Notes: generated from the sequence alone by a model not told the origin. A stretch of 64,000 nt of DNA from Eledone cirrhosa (GCA_964016885.1 OZ024743.1:272676001-272740000), one strand, 5' to 3'. Positions 27,221 through 41,267 are shown, counted from the stretch's first letter. Made by a program: numbers and translations.

Positions 27221-27809
27221 TTCCTTTGTCAGGGTTGAACAAATGAGCAACGATGGTTGCTAGACACTCTACTGCTTATTTCGGGATGTTTGTTTACAAA
27301 CACACCGAGTATTATAGTAAATGTTCGGTGAATCCATATATATATGTGTGCATGTATGTATATATATATATACATACTACTGTACGTCCGTATACATATA
27401 TATATATATTTATTAAAATAACAGATTAAAGTTTAAGCAAAGAATCGCTGCTTTCACCCTCAACGGTATCTTCTGAAACAAAGAAAGTCAATCTGTGAAC
27501 GCAGAAGTGAATATTTCAAAAAAACGTTACAACCGGAGGAAGACATGAAGGCGATACTTTGGTTCGTGGAAACGTTCCCTGGCAAAGAACGGGAAAAACG
27601 AATATAATGCGTCATTATTTGGGGCGGTGAAAAACAATTACACGCAAAGACAAAACCACGTTTATGGTATAAAAGAGGCTGTAGACTGATATTCTATTAA
27701 GTGGTTCATAGAGACGTTCTCTGGCATTGAACGAAAAAAAACGAAGATAATACGTCATATGTGGATCTTGGAGAATAATTGCACGCAAAGACAAAACCAC
27801 GTAAATGGT

Positions 27810-29625
27810 CTATTAAGAATTCTAATGCCGTGCACGTCCATTCCGACAAAACTGGCAACCTATATGAAGTGGAGCGTAGTACTTACCATCAACTACTACA
27901 TAATGCTGTAACTAAGGATTACCGTAAAACTAATCGGTGCGTCATTAATGAAATCAACGATGCTGGGTTTAAAATCACCTCTGATCTCAACATCCTGGAC
28001 CGGACCGAACCTCTGGACCCTATTTCTCCCCACTTTACCCTGAGGGTTCACAAATCCAATTTTCCGAACAACCCCTCTATTCGGCTTATTAACCCTACGA
28101 CGTCCGATTTAGGTAGACTTAATAAAAGGATTCTTGTTAGAATTATAGCTGAAATTAGAAGTGTGGCCCCTCTTGCACTGTGGAACAATTCCTTCGCGGT
28201 GATTGATTGGTTCAACGGCATATGCAACAAGGAACATTGCCGTTTTATCCAATTGGCATCAATAATTTCTACTCCTCCATCACTTTACCACTTCTCCTTA
28301 GAGCTACCAATTTCGCTAAAACACTCACAGTGGTTAAGGATTTCGAAGTTGATGTCATCCTCAATGCCCGTAAGTCGGTGATTAATTTCGACGACTCTAT
28401 TTGGATTAAACATTCTAATAGTACCCCATTCGACGTGAGTATGGGCGCCAGCGATTCTGCGGAGGTTACTGATCTTATCGGCCTTTTCCTTCTTTTCTCT
28501 ATCAAGGACGAATTCCCTAACGTGGGCGGTGGTTTGTACCGTGATGATGGCCTTTTGACCATGACTAAGTGCGGGCCACGTGCTTGCGACAGGTTCAGAA
28601 AAGAACTCACAGCCTTCTTTAAAGGCTTCAACCTCTCAATACAGGTTGAGGCCAACCTCTCGGTCGTTAATTACCTCGAAGTTACCCTCACTTTATCAAA
28701 TGGCTTGTATTACCCGTATAGAAAGCCGAATATACGCTTAATTACATAAGTAAGCATTCTAACCACCCTGCCATCATAACCAAGAACCTGGTAAGAAACG
28801 TTTCTTTGAGGCTTTCCCGTCTATCTACTAACGACCATATTTTCGACGACCATTCCACATATTACAATGAAGCTCTTGCTCGGAATGGATTTGTCGATAA
28901 GGTAGCATATATCAGAGTACGAGAATAGATCTAGAAGAAATAGATGCCGACGCATTATATGGTATAACCCACCATATTATATGGAGGTGGCCACACCATT
29001 AGCTAAGATCTTTCTCTCCCTTATTACGAAGCATTTTCCCCCTACACATAAATATAGTAACATTTTTAATAGAAATAGTATTAAAATTTCTTACTCTACG
29101 ACTCCTAACCTTGCACATAACATCACAGTTTCAAATTTAGCTAAACTACCTAGCCGTAGGAACACGTGCATCCCTGTAGTTAGTACTAACTGTAATTGTA
29201 GGAATCGGGTTGACTGCCCCCTATCCGAGAAATACCTCTTTAGTAACATTGTATACAAATGTAAGGTTGAAACATCCACGTCCCGTAGGGCCAACATAGG
29301 GTTAACCGCCAATAGATTCAAGTAGCGTCTTTACATGCATACCCATTCTTTTCGTTACCCTCTAAGAAGGAATATGACGTCACTTTCAGCTTATATCTGG
29401 AGTCTAAAAGACAAGCACACCCAATATAAGTTACACTGGGAGATCCTAGCTAGGGCTAGATCGTATAACGGAAATAATAGACCATGTGACTTCTGCGCCT
29501 TGGAAATACTCTACGCCACAGACCACATCTTAAACGAAAAATCTGAGGCAATTTCGGTGTGTAAACATAAATTGCACAACATCTTCCTGTATTACAGCCC
29601 TAACGGATTATACCCTAACGGATAG
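27810..29625 (+). pseudogene. PLE RT (YRDD) plus Cys linker plus GIY-YIG, frameshifted
   Basis: 'SDKTGNLY', 'IRLINPT', 'FDVSMGASDSAE', 'GLYRDDGL', 'PYRKPN', 'CNCRNRVDCPL', 'IVYKCKV…NIGLTANRFK', 'LSAYIWSLKDK'. Confidence 0.92.
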
Positions 29626-30016
29626 TACGATCTATACGCGGATATTTTACGTCTTGATGTGGTAGCTAAGTATATGTTATGTTTATACCATTACTTATTT
29701 GTATAGGTAAGTATATATTACCTGCATGTTTTGTGAAGGTACGTATACTTTCTCGTACGTATACTTGATTGTATATGTTATGGCGTATATTTTATATATT
29801 CTGGTACATATGCTTTTGGTTATATGTATACGTGAGTTTTGCGTCTGTGTGAGTATGCGGGTTCGTACGGATGTAACGTGTGTGTATATGTGTACTTCGT
29901 AGTTAGGTTGACGTACGTCTCCGAACATATGTGTATTTACATGTAGGTATGTGTGTGTGCTTGTTATATACGTATTTATTTATTTATATACGTTTATTTA
30001 ATTATTTGTATACATG

Positions 30017-30049
<33 letters not shown>

Positions 30050-30557
30050 GCGTGTATTTGTATACCTATGGCGAGTGTTTTCGCGTATGCTTGTGTATGT
30101 ACGTATATGAATGGGTGTATGTATTTATTTAATTTCAATTACCTCTGTATTTTATTTACTTTATTCTTAACTCTGAAGCCGAGAATCATTCGGTTTCCTA
30201 GTTAGAATTTTAGTCTACGACTTCAGCTTACCATTTACGTGGTTTTGTCTTTACGCGCAATTTTTCTCCACGATCCACATATGACGTATTATCTTCGTTT
30301 TTTCCGTTCAATGCCAGAGAAAGTCTCTATGAACCACCTAATAGAATATTAGTCTACGACTTCTTTTATACCATAAACGTGGCTTTGTCCTTGCATGTAA
30401 TTGTTTTTCACCGCTCCAAATAATGACGTATTATATTCGTTTTTTCCCGTTCTTTGCCTGGGAACGTTTCCACGAACTTAAGTATCGTCTCCCTGTCTTC
30501 CTCCGGTTGCAACGTTTTTTGAAATATTCACTTCTCTCTTCACAGATTGACTTTGTT

Positions 30558-30608
30558 AGTTTCAGAAGATCCCGTTAAGGGTGAAAGCAGCGATTCTTTG
30601 CTTAAACT
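30558..30608 (+). ncRNA. Hammerhead-like motif with CAGAAGA core and looped stem III (mirror copy at 27431-27479, minus strand)
   Basis: agttt CAGAAGA tccc gttaa gggt GAAA gca gcgattctt tgc TT aaact. Confidence 0.6.
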
Positions 30609-30715
30609 TTAATCTGTTATTTTAATAAATATTTGCTCTACGGTTCTTATATATTTGATATATATTTATCCTTATCGAGCCCTCTTTGGATTTTAGACTT
30701 CAAATTTATTATTAT

Positions 30716-30760
<45 letters not shown>

Positions 30761-30762
30761 CA

Positions 30763-30867
<105 letters not shown>

Positions 30868-31483
30868 TTATGCTAAAGGAATGGACACTTAAATGAAATG
30901 AAATAATCGTTGTCAGAAATAATTGACAGTCTCTTTTTATCTTTCCCCTTTTTATGTTAAGATTTTCTATTCTTTTTAGCGAACCTAAATTTCGTCTTTA
31001 ATATGTATTGAGGTTCTATTGTGTCTTGTCACCCACTTCAACGACAACTAGAAGCACTTCCAGAGTGAATAAAAGAAACAATCGTAGGAAAAAAGAAATT
31101 TTGTACTTGAGTATTTTCTCTTTAAAACGTGTTACATTATTCTGATTATATTTTTTCAAATAAGGGAAGACAAACAGATATTTTGACGTGTGACATACCT
31201 ATTATCTTAAAGCTCTTTGTAAAACAGACATAATATATACGCATACAAAGATACACATATACAGAATAATGCTTAGAGAGAAACAGGTTTTCTGACATTT
31301 ACATTCGTAAATATGTTAATCCTTTCCCTGGGGATCGCTACAATATACATAAAAAGATATGTGTTGAATATTGAATACATAATAAAAAATCCGCAACCTT
31401 TCAGATAATATTGCTATCTGTTTTAACACCTTTTAAGAATATTTAGAAAAAAAGAAAAAAAAAACGAATCTAGGAGTTGTATC

Positions 31484-33475
31484 AAACATATTTAGGCTTC
31501 GAAGTTCAAATTCATCTACGGGGCAGGTTTGGATTTTGAAATTTAAATTTGTCCAGGAATCCCGGCTTTTGCCAATATAAGCTTGTCTTTATTGACTTAT
31601 ATCGAGACAGACAAATTGTATTCACTTTAATTAGTTTATTTCGTTCTAGCTAACTGTTCTCTTACAATACAAACACGTATGTGTTTATCATATATATTAA
31701 TATATAACTTGTATTTCACTGCTCGGAAATGCTTCTTTCTTTGAGCTGATTAATTGTAAATGACTTTGAGTTTAAACTCTAAATATAATATAGTATTATT
31801 GCTCCTTAACTGCAGAGCTAATTTTTAATCCCATATAAACGGCTGTTATTTCTAGCACCGTGAGTATAGGATGGCTAGTATAGCTGGCTACACCACGTGT
31901 AATCAGTCCTGCAAAATCTTTGAAGGTGGAATGTACTAATTTTACTGGATTCCTGTTGATAAGCACAGAAGATTTGAATATTTCACTTTTTATTTCAATT
32001 TTATTTCAATGTTTTTATATTTCAATTCATGTACCATCGTTGCGAAACATATTTAGGCTTCGAAGTTCAAATTCTACTACGGAGCAGGTTTGGATTTTGA
32101 AATTTAAATTTGTCCAGGAATCACGGCTTTTGCCAATATAAGCTTGTCTTTATTGACTTATATCGAGACAGACAAATTGTATTCACTTTAATTAGTTTAT
32201 TTCGTTCTAGCTAACTTTTCTCTTACAATAAAAACACGTATGTGTTTATCATATATATTAATATATAACTTGTATTTCACTGCTCGGAAATGCTTCTTTC
32301 TTTGAGCTGATTAATTGTAAATGACTTTGAGTTTAAACTCTAAATATAATATAGTATTATTGCTCCTTAACTGTAGAGCTAATTTTTAATCCCATATAAA
32401 CGGCTGCTATGTCAAGCACCGGGAGTATAGGATGGCTAGTATAGCTGGCTACACCACGTGTAATCAGTCCTGCAAAATCTTTGAAGGTGGAATGTACTAA
32501 TTTTACTGGATTCCTGTTGATAAGCACAGAAGATTTGAATATTTCACTTTTTATTTCAATTTTATTTCAATGTTTTTATATTTCAATTCATGTACCATCG
32601 TTGCGAAACATATTTAGGCTTCGAAGTTCAAATTCATCTACGGAGCAGGTTTGGATTTTGAAATTTAAATTTGTCCAGGAATCACGGCTTTTGCCAATAT
32701 AAGCTTGTCTTTATTGACTTATATCGAGACAGACAAATTGTATTCACTTTAATTTGTTTATTTCGTTCTAGCTAACTTTGTCTCTTACAATACAAACACG
32801 TATGTGTTTATCATATATATTAATATATAACTTGTATTTCACTGCTCGGAAATGCTTCTTTCTTTGAGCTGATTATTTGTAAATGACTTTGAGTTTAAAC
32901 TCTAAATATAATATAGTATTATTGCTTCTTAACTGTAGAGCTAATTTTTAATCCCATATAAACGGCTGTTATTTCTAGCACCTGGAGTATAGGATGGCTA
33001 GTATAGCTGGCTACACCACGTGTAATCAGTCCTGCAAAATCTTTGAAGGTGGAATGTACTAATTTTACTGGATTCCTGTTGATAAGCACAGAAGATTTGA
33101 ATATTTCACTTTTTATTTCAATTTTATTTCAATGTTTTTATATTTCAATTCATGTACCATCGTTGCGAAACATATTTAGGCTTCGAAGTTCAAATTCTAC
33201 TACGGAGCAGGTTTAGATTTTGAAATTTAAATTTGTCCAGGAATCACGGCTTTTGCCAATATAAGCTTGTCTTTATTGACTTATATCGAGACAGACAAAT
33301 TGTATTCACTTTAATTAGTTTATTTCGTTCTAGCTAACTTTGTCTCTTACAATACAAACACGTATGTGTTTATCATATATATTAATATATAACTTGTATT
33401 TCACTGCTCGGAAATTCTTCTTTCTTTGAGCTGATTAATTGTAAGTGACTTTGAGTTTAAACTCTAAGTATAATA
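31484..33475 (+). repeat. Tandem array, unit about 561 bp, about 3.5 copies
   Basis: 'aaacatatttaggcttcgaagttcaaattc' near 31484, 32045, 32606 and 33168; near-identical ORF-track entries 561 bp apart. Confidence 0.95.
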
Positions 33476-33507
33476 TAGTATATATATATATATATATGTA
33501 TATATAA

Positions 33508-33554
<47 letters not shown>

Positions 33555-33699
33555 CCTAATACCCTAAGTATTGAGTACTCTGGTGCGTTATGGTCCATCT
33601 TGTTCCTTACCACACGTCCTTCGTAATATATATATATATATATATATATATAAGAATATATATAAATACATATATATATATATATACAAATATATATAT

Positions 33700-36480
33700 A
33701 CCACACTGGCAGTGCATATGAAGCAACTAAAGACAGTAATATGTGTCACACATCGTTCACACGATGTCCCTAGTTATGAGGTTAAATTTGAGGATAGCCT
33801 CAGTAGGATAGAAGAGGTCCTTGGCAAACTGGACCAGGGTCTCAACATTCTACTGCTGGGAAACTTCAATCTGCCAAAGGTCAAATGGCCAGAGGGCCAC
33901 CTACTCCCTGGGATGACATCACCAGGACAGAGACAGACGGAGTCCCTGCTGGCCCTCACTCACAGGCTATTCATGGAATAAGCAGTACTCCTCCCAAAAA
34001 GAGGCGAGAATGTCCTAGATCTCTGTTTTACAAACAACGAAGTGTTCATACACAATGTAAAAGTGACACCAACAATTTTCTTGGATGATAACTTAGTAGA
34101 ACTAATGGTACGAGGTCCGAGAGAATCAATAGAGACAAAACCATCAAGAAGGACCGGCAATTTATCCAGCCTTAACGTCTACAAGGCTAACTTGAAAGAT
34201 CAAGAAAGAAATCCGGAAGCAAATATGGAGCGACAACATCGCCACACAAGACACCAACACACATTTTTAACTCTTCATGACAACGATATAAACTATATGC
34301 CAAAGGTTTGTCCCGGAGAAAAAGACCAATAGACACAACAATCTTATTCTCAGAGATAGGAAAATCTTATGAGACGAAGAACTAAGCTCTTAAACCAGTT
34401 GAATGCACAACAACAAAAAAAACAAAACAAAAAGAGGAAGGAATCCTATTTGAAACGTGCACTACTTGACATCGAGATTGCACTCAAACTTTCCCATGAA
34501 AATGAGAGGGCAAAGAAATTAATCAGGGCCATAGAAAATATTAAATCAGACCATAAGGCCTTCTTTAAATTTGCAAAAAGACTGCCTCGGTACGCTGTAA
34601 GATTGGACCACTCTTCCATAAAGACGGGTCATTAACCGAGATTCCCCAAGAGATAAGTGAAATACTGAAGGAACAGTACAAAAGTGTGGTCACATGTCCA
34701 CTGAGGCACATGCAAAAATACAAAGCCAGAGGAGTTCTTTGATGCCACAACACTACATGAAGAAATGGCGACCATCAACCACATAGACATAACAGAGGAG
34801 GATGTGGTGTACGCCATAGATGCAATTAGAACAGACTCATCTGCTGGACCAGATGGATTCCCAGCAGTCCTCTGAAAAACGTGTAAGCGGGCCTTAGCAA
34901 CTCCACTGACGACGCTCTTCAGAAGCTCCTTGGCTAGCGGTAGACTACCCAGGGAGCTGAAAGGAGACACAATATTCCCTATCCATAAAGGAGGTAGCAG
35001 AGCGGAGGCCAAAAACTATAGGCCAGTCTCCCTTACGTCACATATCAGTAAGGTCATGGAGCGAATCATCAGAGAGAAACTAATCACTTTCCTCGAAGAA
35101 AATGTTCACCGGACTAGCACGCAGCATGGCTTTCGCCCAGGAAGAAGCTGCCTTACACAGCTGCTACATCACTACGACTGGGTACTGAAATAACTGCTAG
35201 ACAGCGCACATGTGGACGTGATATATCGTGACTTTGCGAAGGCTTTTGACAAGGTCGACCATGGAATGATATGTCACAGACTACACAGACGCGGCATAAC
35301 TGGAAAGGTAGGTGAGTGGCTGCATGACTTCTTAAAGGACAGAAGCCAGACAGTTGCAGCAAACGGGGCTCTCTCAAAGGAAACATCAATAACAAGTGGG
35401 GTGCCCCAAGGATTAGTTCTGAGACCACTACTCTTTTTGGTGGCTCTCTCAGACATGTCCTGTGTAGTACATACAACACCCCTCACTAGCTATGCTGATG
35501 ACACTAAGGTAGCACAGGCAATCAAAAACCCGGCTGATGCTGCCCTTTTACAACAAGATCTGAATGCTATATACAAATGGGCGGAATACAACAACATGTA
35601 GTTTAATGCTGGCAAATTTCAAGCCCTACAATACAAACCTGCAAACACAAATACCGTACAACACAGTTACACTGGACCAGGAGGGACCGAAATTCCCGTG
35701 TCGAAATCGATACGAGACCTGTGTATAGACATGAGCGACGATGCATCTTTTTCCTCACATCATGAAAGTGGCGACAATGTGCAGACGACTCGCTGGTTGG
35801 ATCTTGAGGACTATCCGGACGAGAAACCGAGAGACCATGTTGACACTATGGAGGATATTTATCCTAAGCCGCCTGGACTATTGCTCCCAGCTGTGGTCAC
35901 TCCATAGTGTCAAACTAACCACGGAGCTTGAGGTTATCCAGCGAAGCTACACCAAGAGGATTGCGACGATGAAGGAGATAAGCTACTGGGAGAAGCTAAA
36001 AGAACTGAACCTCTACTCCTTGGAACGAAGACGGGAGAGATACGCAGTGATATACACGTGGAAAATCCTGGAGGGACTAGCACCAACATTTGGCATTGGG
36101 AGCTAGCCAACCCCCGAACAGGACGTCACTGTGTGGTGCCAAAGGTCCCGTCTTCCACATCTAGAATAAGGAGCAGATATTGCAATAGCTTGGGGTTCAA
36201 GGGCCCTCAACTGTTCAACAAGCTGCCGAGGGATCTGAGAGATCTGCACGGTGTGGAGCTGGATGTTTTCAAGAAACATCTCGACACCTTGCTATCCAGG
36301 ATATGGGATGAGCTCAGAGCAAGGCAGGAGGGAATCTAAGGGCAGCAGCAACTAACTTCCTCTTGCACTAGTGGCCAACCAATACAGGCTGGAAATAAAA
36401 TGTGTAGCAAAAGGGGCGGTGCCCCAGCATGGCCTCAGCCGGATGCTGGAACAGGTAAAAGAGTAAAAGAGTAAAAGACT
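33700..36480 (+). mobile_element. 5'-truncated CR1-group LINE, ORF2 (APE endonuclease end plus RT) pseudogenised
   Basis: 'LLLGNFNLPKVKW', 'NYRPVSLTSHISKVMERII', 'QHGFRPGRSCLTQLL', 'DFAKAFDKVDH', 'SGVPQG', 'YADDTK', 'LNLYSLERRRER'; 3' tail (GTAAAAGA)3. Confidence 0.93.
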
Positions 36481-36961
36481 ATATATAAATATATAAATAT
36501 ATAAATATATATATATGCGTGTGTGTGTGGGTGTGTGTGTGCGTGGATGGTGGTTGTTTGGCAGAATTGTTTGTGCAATTGACAAACTACCCTCCCAGTA
36601 ATTGTACAAGCTATTTATGTTCTGAGTTCAAATCCAACAGAGGTGGATAAAAGAAAATACTAGCCCAGTATTGGGGTCGATATAAACGATTTTTCCCTCC
36701 CCACAAATTGTTGCCTAAATGAGAAACACACACACATGTATATATATATACATATATATATATTTATTCAGGTTTGAGGTTCACCACTGTATAGAGCTGG
36801 TCTATTCCGTATGGTCAATCGTAATGCAATAATATAGAGAGTACTCAACGTAAAGCAGTTCAACCGTCTTTGTTTTTGTAGTTGGTGGTGCTATTACGGA
36901 GTTAAATATTATAATGAAATGACAGGAGGCTGGATTTGTGTAAATCCTTGAAAGGTTAATG

Positions 36962-37019
36962 ATACTATGATCATTTCAATGACCGGGTTCCGTATGAATC
37001 CGGTGATATCATCAGGTAT
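36962..37019 (-). ncRNA. Type I hammerhead ribozyme
   Basis: atac CTGATGA tatc accggattc atacg gaacccggt catt GAAA tgatca TA gtat. Confidence 0.8.
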
Positions 37020-38212
37020 TCGAAATATAATACGTGAATGTAATAGGTAAAATCCATGGGGCTGAAAAACGAGACCCGAGGGCGACCGCTATTCTGTTCC
37101 TTCAACCTCAGCCGGTCGCCCTGGAGTGACGTGGCTAAATTTTATAGTATGCTACTACCGGTCAGATGAACGAAAACAGAAAGAGATGGGAGCATAGGTT
37201 AACGTCGATCCCATGACACAAGGTAAAAGAAAGAAGGAAAGGAAGGAGAAGAAGGGGGAAGAAAGAAGAAGAGAAGTCAGGGTTAATGTCAGCTAAAAGA
37301 GGAAGGTAACTACTACTGGTCAGATATAGGCAAGCAAGAGGGGGAAGGAAGATAAGTCTGCGGGAGTAGGAGAGGAGAGAAGGAAGGGAAGAGAGAAGTA
37401 GAAAAGTAAGGGTTGGTGGCTACAAGAAGGAAGATGGAAAGGAAGAGGAAGAAAGGTCGATATTACTGTCAGACGACAGTCAAGCCAGGAGTGGGGCGAG
37501 AAAATTTTCACAGGGACCCGCATCTTAGCGGAGATGAATATATTGGGAGTCAGTGTTTTACAGTGTTTAGACTTCTAGGATGAAGTTAAAAAAATTAATA
37601 ATCAATATTCAATATTAAAGAGGTTAGAAAATTTAAAGTTCAACAGTTTAACAATTAATTATATAATAGTTCCGATTTGTTCTGTAATTTAAAGGTACTA
37701 TTTGGCGGTTGAAACAACGGCCGGGCCCCATGGCGAATTAAGCCACGCCGAGTATTTTCATTTACTGAAAGAAGGGGAAATTTATTTTTCCAAGCACTCC
37801 AGGTGAGCTGGTTCGCCAGGGAGCTGGTCGCGCCGCCATTAAAACCCACCCCACAGTCCGACAGAAAGTTGGAACTTTAAAATTTAGCTTAGAGAAGTAA
37901 AAGAGTAATGGTTGATAGCTACAAGAAGGAAGATAGAAAGAGAGAGGAAGGAAGGTCGATATTAATGTCACACCACGGTCGGGCCAGGAGTGGCGCGACA
38001 AAATTTTCACAGGGACTCGCATCTTAGCAGAGGTGAATATATTGGGGTCTTTCTGTTTTCGTTCATCTGACCGGTAGTAGCATACTATAAAATTTAGCCA
38101 CGTCACTCCAGGGCGACCGGCTGAGGTTGAAGGAACAGAATAGCGGTCGCCCTCGGGTCTCGTTTTTCAGCCCCATGGATTTTACCTATTACATTCACGT
38201 ATTATATTTCGA

Positions 38213-38270
38213 ATACCTGATGATATCACCGGATTCATACGGAACCCGGTCATTGAAATGATCATAGTAT
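38213..38270 (+). ncRNA. Type I hammerhead ribozyme (mirror of 36962-37019)
   Basis: Identical motif on the plus strand. Confidence 0.8.
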
Positions 38271-38555
38271 AATAAACCTTTCAAGGATTTACACAAATCC
38301 AGCCTCCTGTCATTTCATTATAATACATATATATATATATATTTAGAATGTTTAAGTATCGAGAGAGAGAAAAAGAAAAGATAGGCGATACATATATTTA
38401 GTTGCCAATAGCTTGTGCAAATGTGCTCAATACTTTTGCCTACAGGGTTAAATATTAGAAGCGTTAATATTTAGTGGGCGAGAAAAAATAAGCAGAGCGA
38501 TTATAAAAGAAATGAATACAAGGAGTATAAACCGTTAAAACATGTTTATATAACA

Positions 38556-38600
38556 ATGCACCTACGTACGTTTCGCCCAGAATGGGCTTATCAAGGGCAT
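38556..38600 (-). ncRNA. Type I hammerhead ribozyme, U3:A8 core variant
   Basis: atgccc TTGATAA gccc attct gggc GAAA cgtacg TA ggtgcat; the mirror copy at 40127-40170 has GAAA changed to GCAA. Confidence 0.8.
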
Positions 38601-39857
38601 GGAAAACAAAAAAATGATCAATACGCGACCCAGGAGGGGTTTTAAGATTAAATTCACATCAGAGTTCATTCTTCGCTTAAGTGCATGTGCTGTTATTACT
38701 GCAGAGCAGGGGGAGTAACTCCGGTCGGTGCTCGAAGAATCTTGTCCCACTTGGTTTATTTACCCATTCAGATGATGGTGTTTTGTGTTATTATTTTATG
38801 GGTGCTGTTTCACTAATGCCAGTTCAAACCGGGTCTGGTATGCACATTTGTTATCTTGTGGGTGTTGCTTTACTAATGCCTGTTCGGGCAGGGTCTGGGA
38901 TGTACATTCGGTTCACAGATGTTTATTTACACCGCTTGCCCACCGGAGTGTTATGGTTAGGGCAGAGGGACCCAATTTATAGTTTTCATGCCGCAGTCAC
39001 TTCCCAGGCGAAGTACGACGCCTGCACTCGGTGCCTACAGTCTATGACTGATTCAGCTCTGCTGTTTATGAGCTCGTGGCTGCTCTTATGATGTAGTAAA
39101 GCTCCATGAGGCAAAGCTGGCATTTCCTCTTGAAATTGTTGGGTGCAGCCCTACCGACAATATTCCAGTTTGTGGAGAAGCTGATGTTGATGTCTTTTAA
39201 TGTAGTGACGTAATTGGCAAGTGACATGGAGTGCCTTAGTTTTTTGTTTTTGAAGGAGTTCAGATGTGTTCCCCCTATATAGTGTTTAACTCCATTATGG
39301 CTAGTTACGGTTCACTTATAAATAACCTTATCGGTCAGGCAGTTTCCCCCGAGAGGGCCGCCTCCCCTGTCACGACAGTTGCATTTTCTGATACAGTCGC
39401 TCCTAGTTCCTGAAGTAAAGCTATTAGTATTGCTACCTATGTTGTTATCTATGTCTCTATCTCGGTCATTGGTACTATAATATCTCGAGGCGTGCGGTGT
39501 TGACCATTGTCCCTCCGCACGCCGCAGCCCGTTCTGTTGCCGGTGGGTGACCTGTGCGGGTCACCAGTATACTCCCCAGTCTCGCCTTGGTTACGTCAGT
39601 TTCGTCTGCTGGGGCTGCCACCGACACTATTGGGTGCTATTAGGGAGATGTTAAGGTTATTAGTGTTGTTGTCGAGTCTAGATGTATCTGTGCTAAGGTG
39701 CCGTATTTTGGTGATCTTATTGTGATTAGTTGCTCCTATGAAGTCTGCTAGATTGGGGGTGGTAGAGAAGGATATGGCATCTGCTAGATTGTACGAGCAC
39801 CGACCAGAGTTACTCCCCCTGCTCTGCAGTAATAACAGCACATGCACTTAAGCGAAT

Positions 39858-40043
39858 AATTGTTTCCACTTTAGGCACAAGGCCAGCAATTACCCAGTAC
39901 ATTACTGGTACTTTATTTTATCGACCCCGTAAGGATGAAAGGCAAAGTTAACCTCGGCGGCATTTGAACTCAGACTGTAAAGAGACGTAACTATGCTAGA
40001 AAGCATGGCGTCCAACCCTCTACCGATACTGCCAATTCACCGC
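39858..40043 (-). mobile_element. SINE inserted in a PLE pseudo-LTR with a 17-bp target-site duplication
   Basis: gcacttaagcgaataat at 39844 and 40042. Confidence 0.92.
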
Positions 40044-40242
40044 ACTTAAGCGAATAATGAACTCTGATGTGAATTTAACCTTAAAACCCCTCCTGGGTCA
40101 CGTATTGATGATTTTTTTTGTTTTCCATGCCCTTGATAAGTCCATTCTGGGCGCAACGCACGTAGGTGGATTGTTATATAAACATGTTTTAACGGTTTAT
40201 ACTCCTTGTCTTCATTTCTTTTATATATATATTTATATATAT

Positions 40243-41145
40243 TTAAATGTAAGTATGCATGTATACGTACATACATATATGTATACAGACGTACAGTAGC
40301 ATGCACATATATATATATATATACATATATATATACATATGCATACAGGTACACATACATATATGCACGTATCAGTTTAGCGGCGCCTATTATAACGTCG
40401 CTTTGTTCGTTTGTAAACAAACTGAACAGCCTGAATTTATGCCATACGGTGTTAAGGCAACCACGTCACCTTTTTGTTCAACACTGACACAGGAACGATG
40501 TACTAGTTTCAAGCTTGTTAGCTATCATCAGCACCATTTACCCATCTGCCAGATAGTTGAACGTTCGAAAGTATATACTTTCCTTATGGAAATTAACGGC
40601 TGAGCAGCCTAATTTGCATATTGAGTGAGTTAAATCGGTCAGGCATACCGAAAACGATAAATTGAAACAAAATGAAAACGAAATTTCATTTCTCACTCTT
40701 AGTATGGCACTTACTTAAATGTAAGTATGCATGTATACGTACATACATATATGTATACAGACGTACAGTAGCATGCACATATATATATATATATACATAT
40801 ATATATACATATGCATACAGGTACACATACATATATGCACGTATCAGTTTAGCGGCGCTTATTATAACGTCGCTTTGTTCGTTTGTAAACAAACTGAACA
40901 GCCTGAATTTATGCCATACGGTGTTAAGGCAACCACGTCACCTTTTTGTTCAACACTGACACGTGCATATATGTATGTGTACCTGTATGCATATGTATAT
41001 ATATATGTATATATATATATATATATGTGCATGCTACTGTACGTCTGTATACATATATGTATGTACGTATACATGCATACTTACATTTAAGTAAGTGCCA
41101 TACTAAGAGTGAGAAATGAAATTTCGTTTTCATTTTGTTTCAATT
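40243..41145 (-). mobile_element. HHR family A locus (diverged subfamily): about 1.5 units (472 bp) plus an inverted fragment at 40963-41145
   Basis: 'aaatgtaagtatgc' at 40245 and 40717; homology to 20740-21410. Confidence 0.85.
40497..40535 (-). ncRNA. Hammerhead ribozyme (family A)
   Basis: ggtg CTGATGA tagctaacaagctt GAAA ctag TA catc. Confidence 0.85.
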
Positions 41146-41195
41146 TATATATATTTATATATGCATATATAAGAACATATATTTATATATATATA

Positions 41196-41255
<60 letters not shown>

Positions 41256-41267
41256 ACCATATACACA

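Larger units (their letters stand above)
27405..30635 (+). mobile_element. Penelope-like element with inverted pseudo-LTRs
   Basis: About 27405-27810 is a diverged reverse complement of about 30230-30632; disrupted RT and GIY-YIG ORF between them. Confidence 0.92.
36765..38325. mobile_element. Non-coding foldback element (PLE pseudo-LTR derivative) with an HHR in each arm
   Basis: 36908-37182 is the reverse complement of about 38050-38323; internal direct duplication about 37395-37550 / 37890-38050. Confidence 0.8.
38500..40225 (-). mobile_element. 5'-truncated PLE with inverted pseudo-LTR interrupted by a SINE
   Basis: Minus strand: 'ISFSTTPNLADFI', 'CNCRDRGGGPLGGNCLTDKVIYK…HYIGGT', 'CQLCLME'; 38505-38745 mirrored at 39785-39860 and 40045-40222. 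Confidence 0.85.

Noticed and set aside
31920-32702. Duplicated 73-aa ORF
   Set aside because: By-product of the 561-bp tandem repeat, with a non-ATG start and no recognisable domain
33552-33625. Short TA-flanked fragment with a 'tacgaagg' mariner-like end
   Set aside because: No partner TIR and too short to classify
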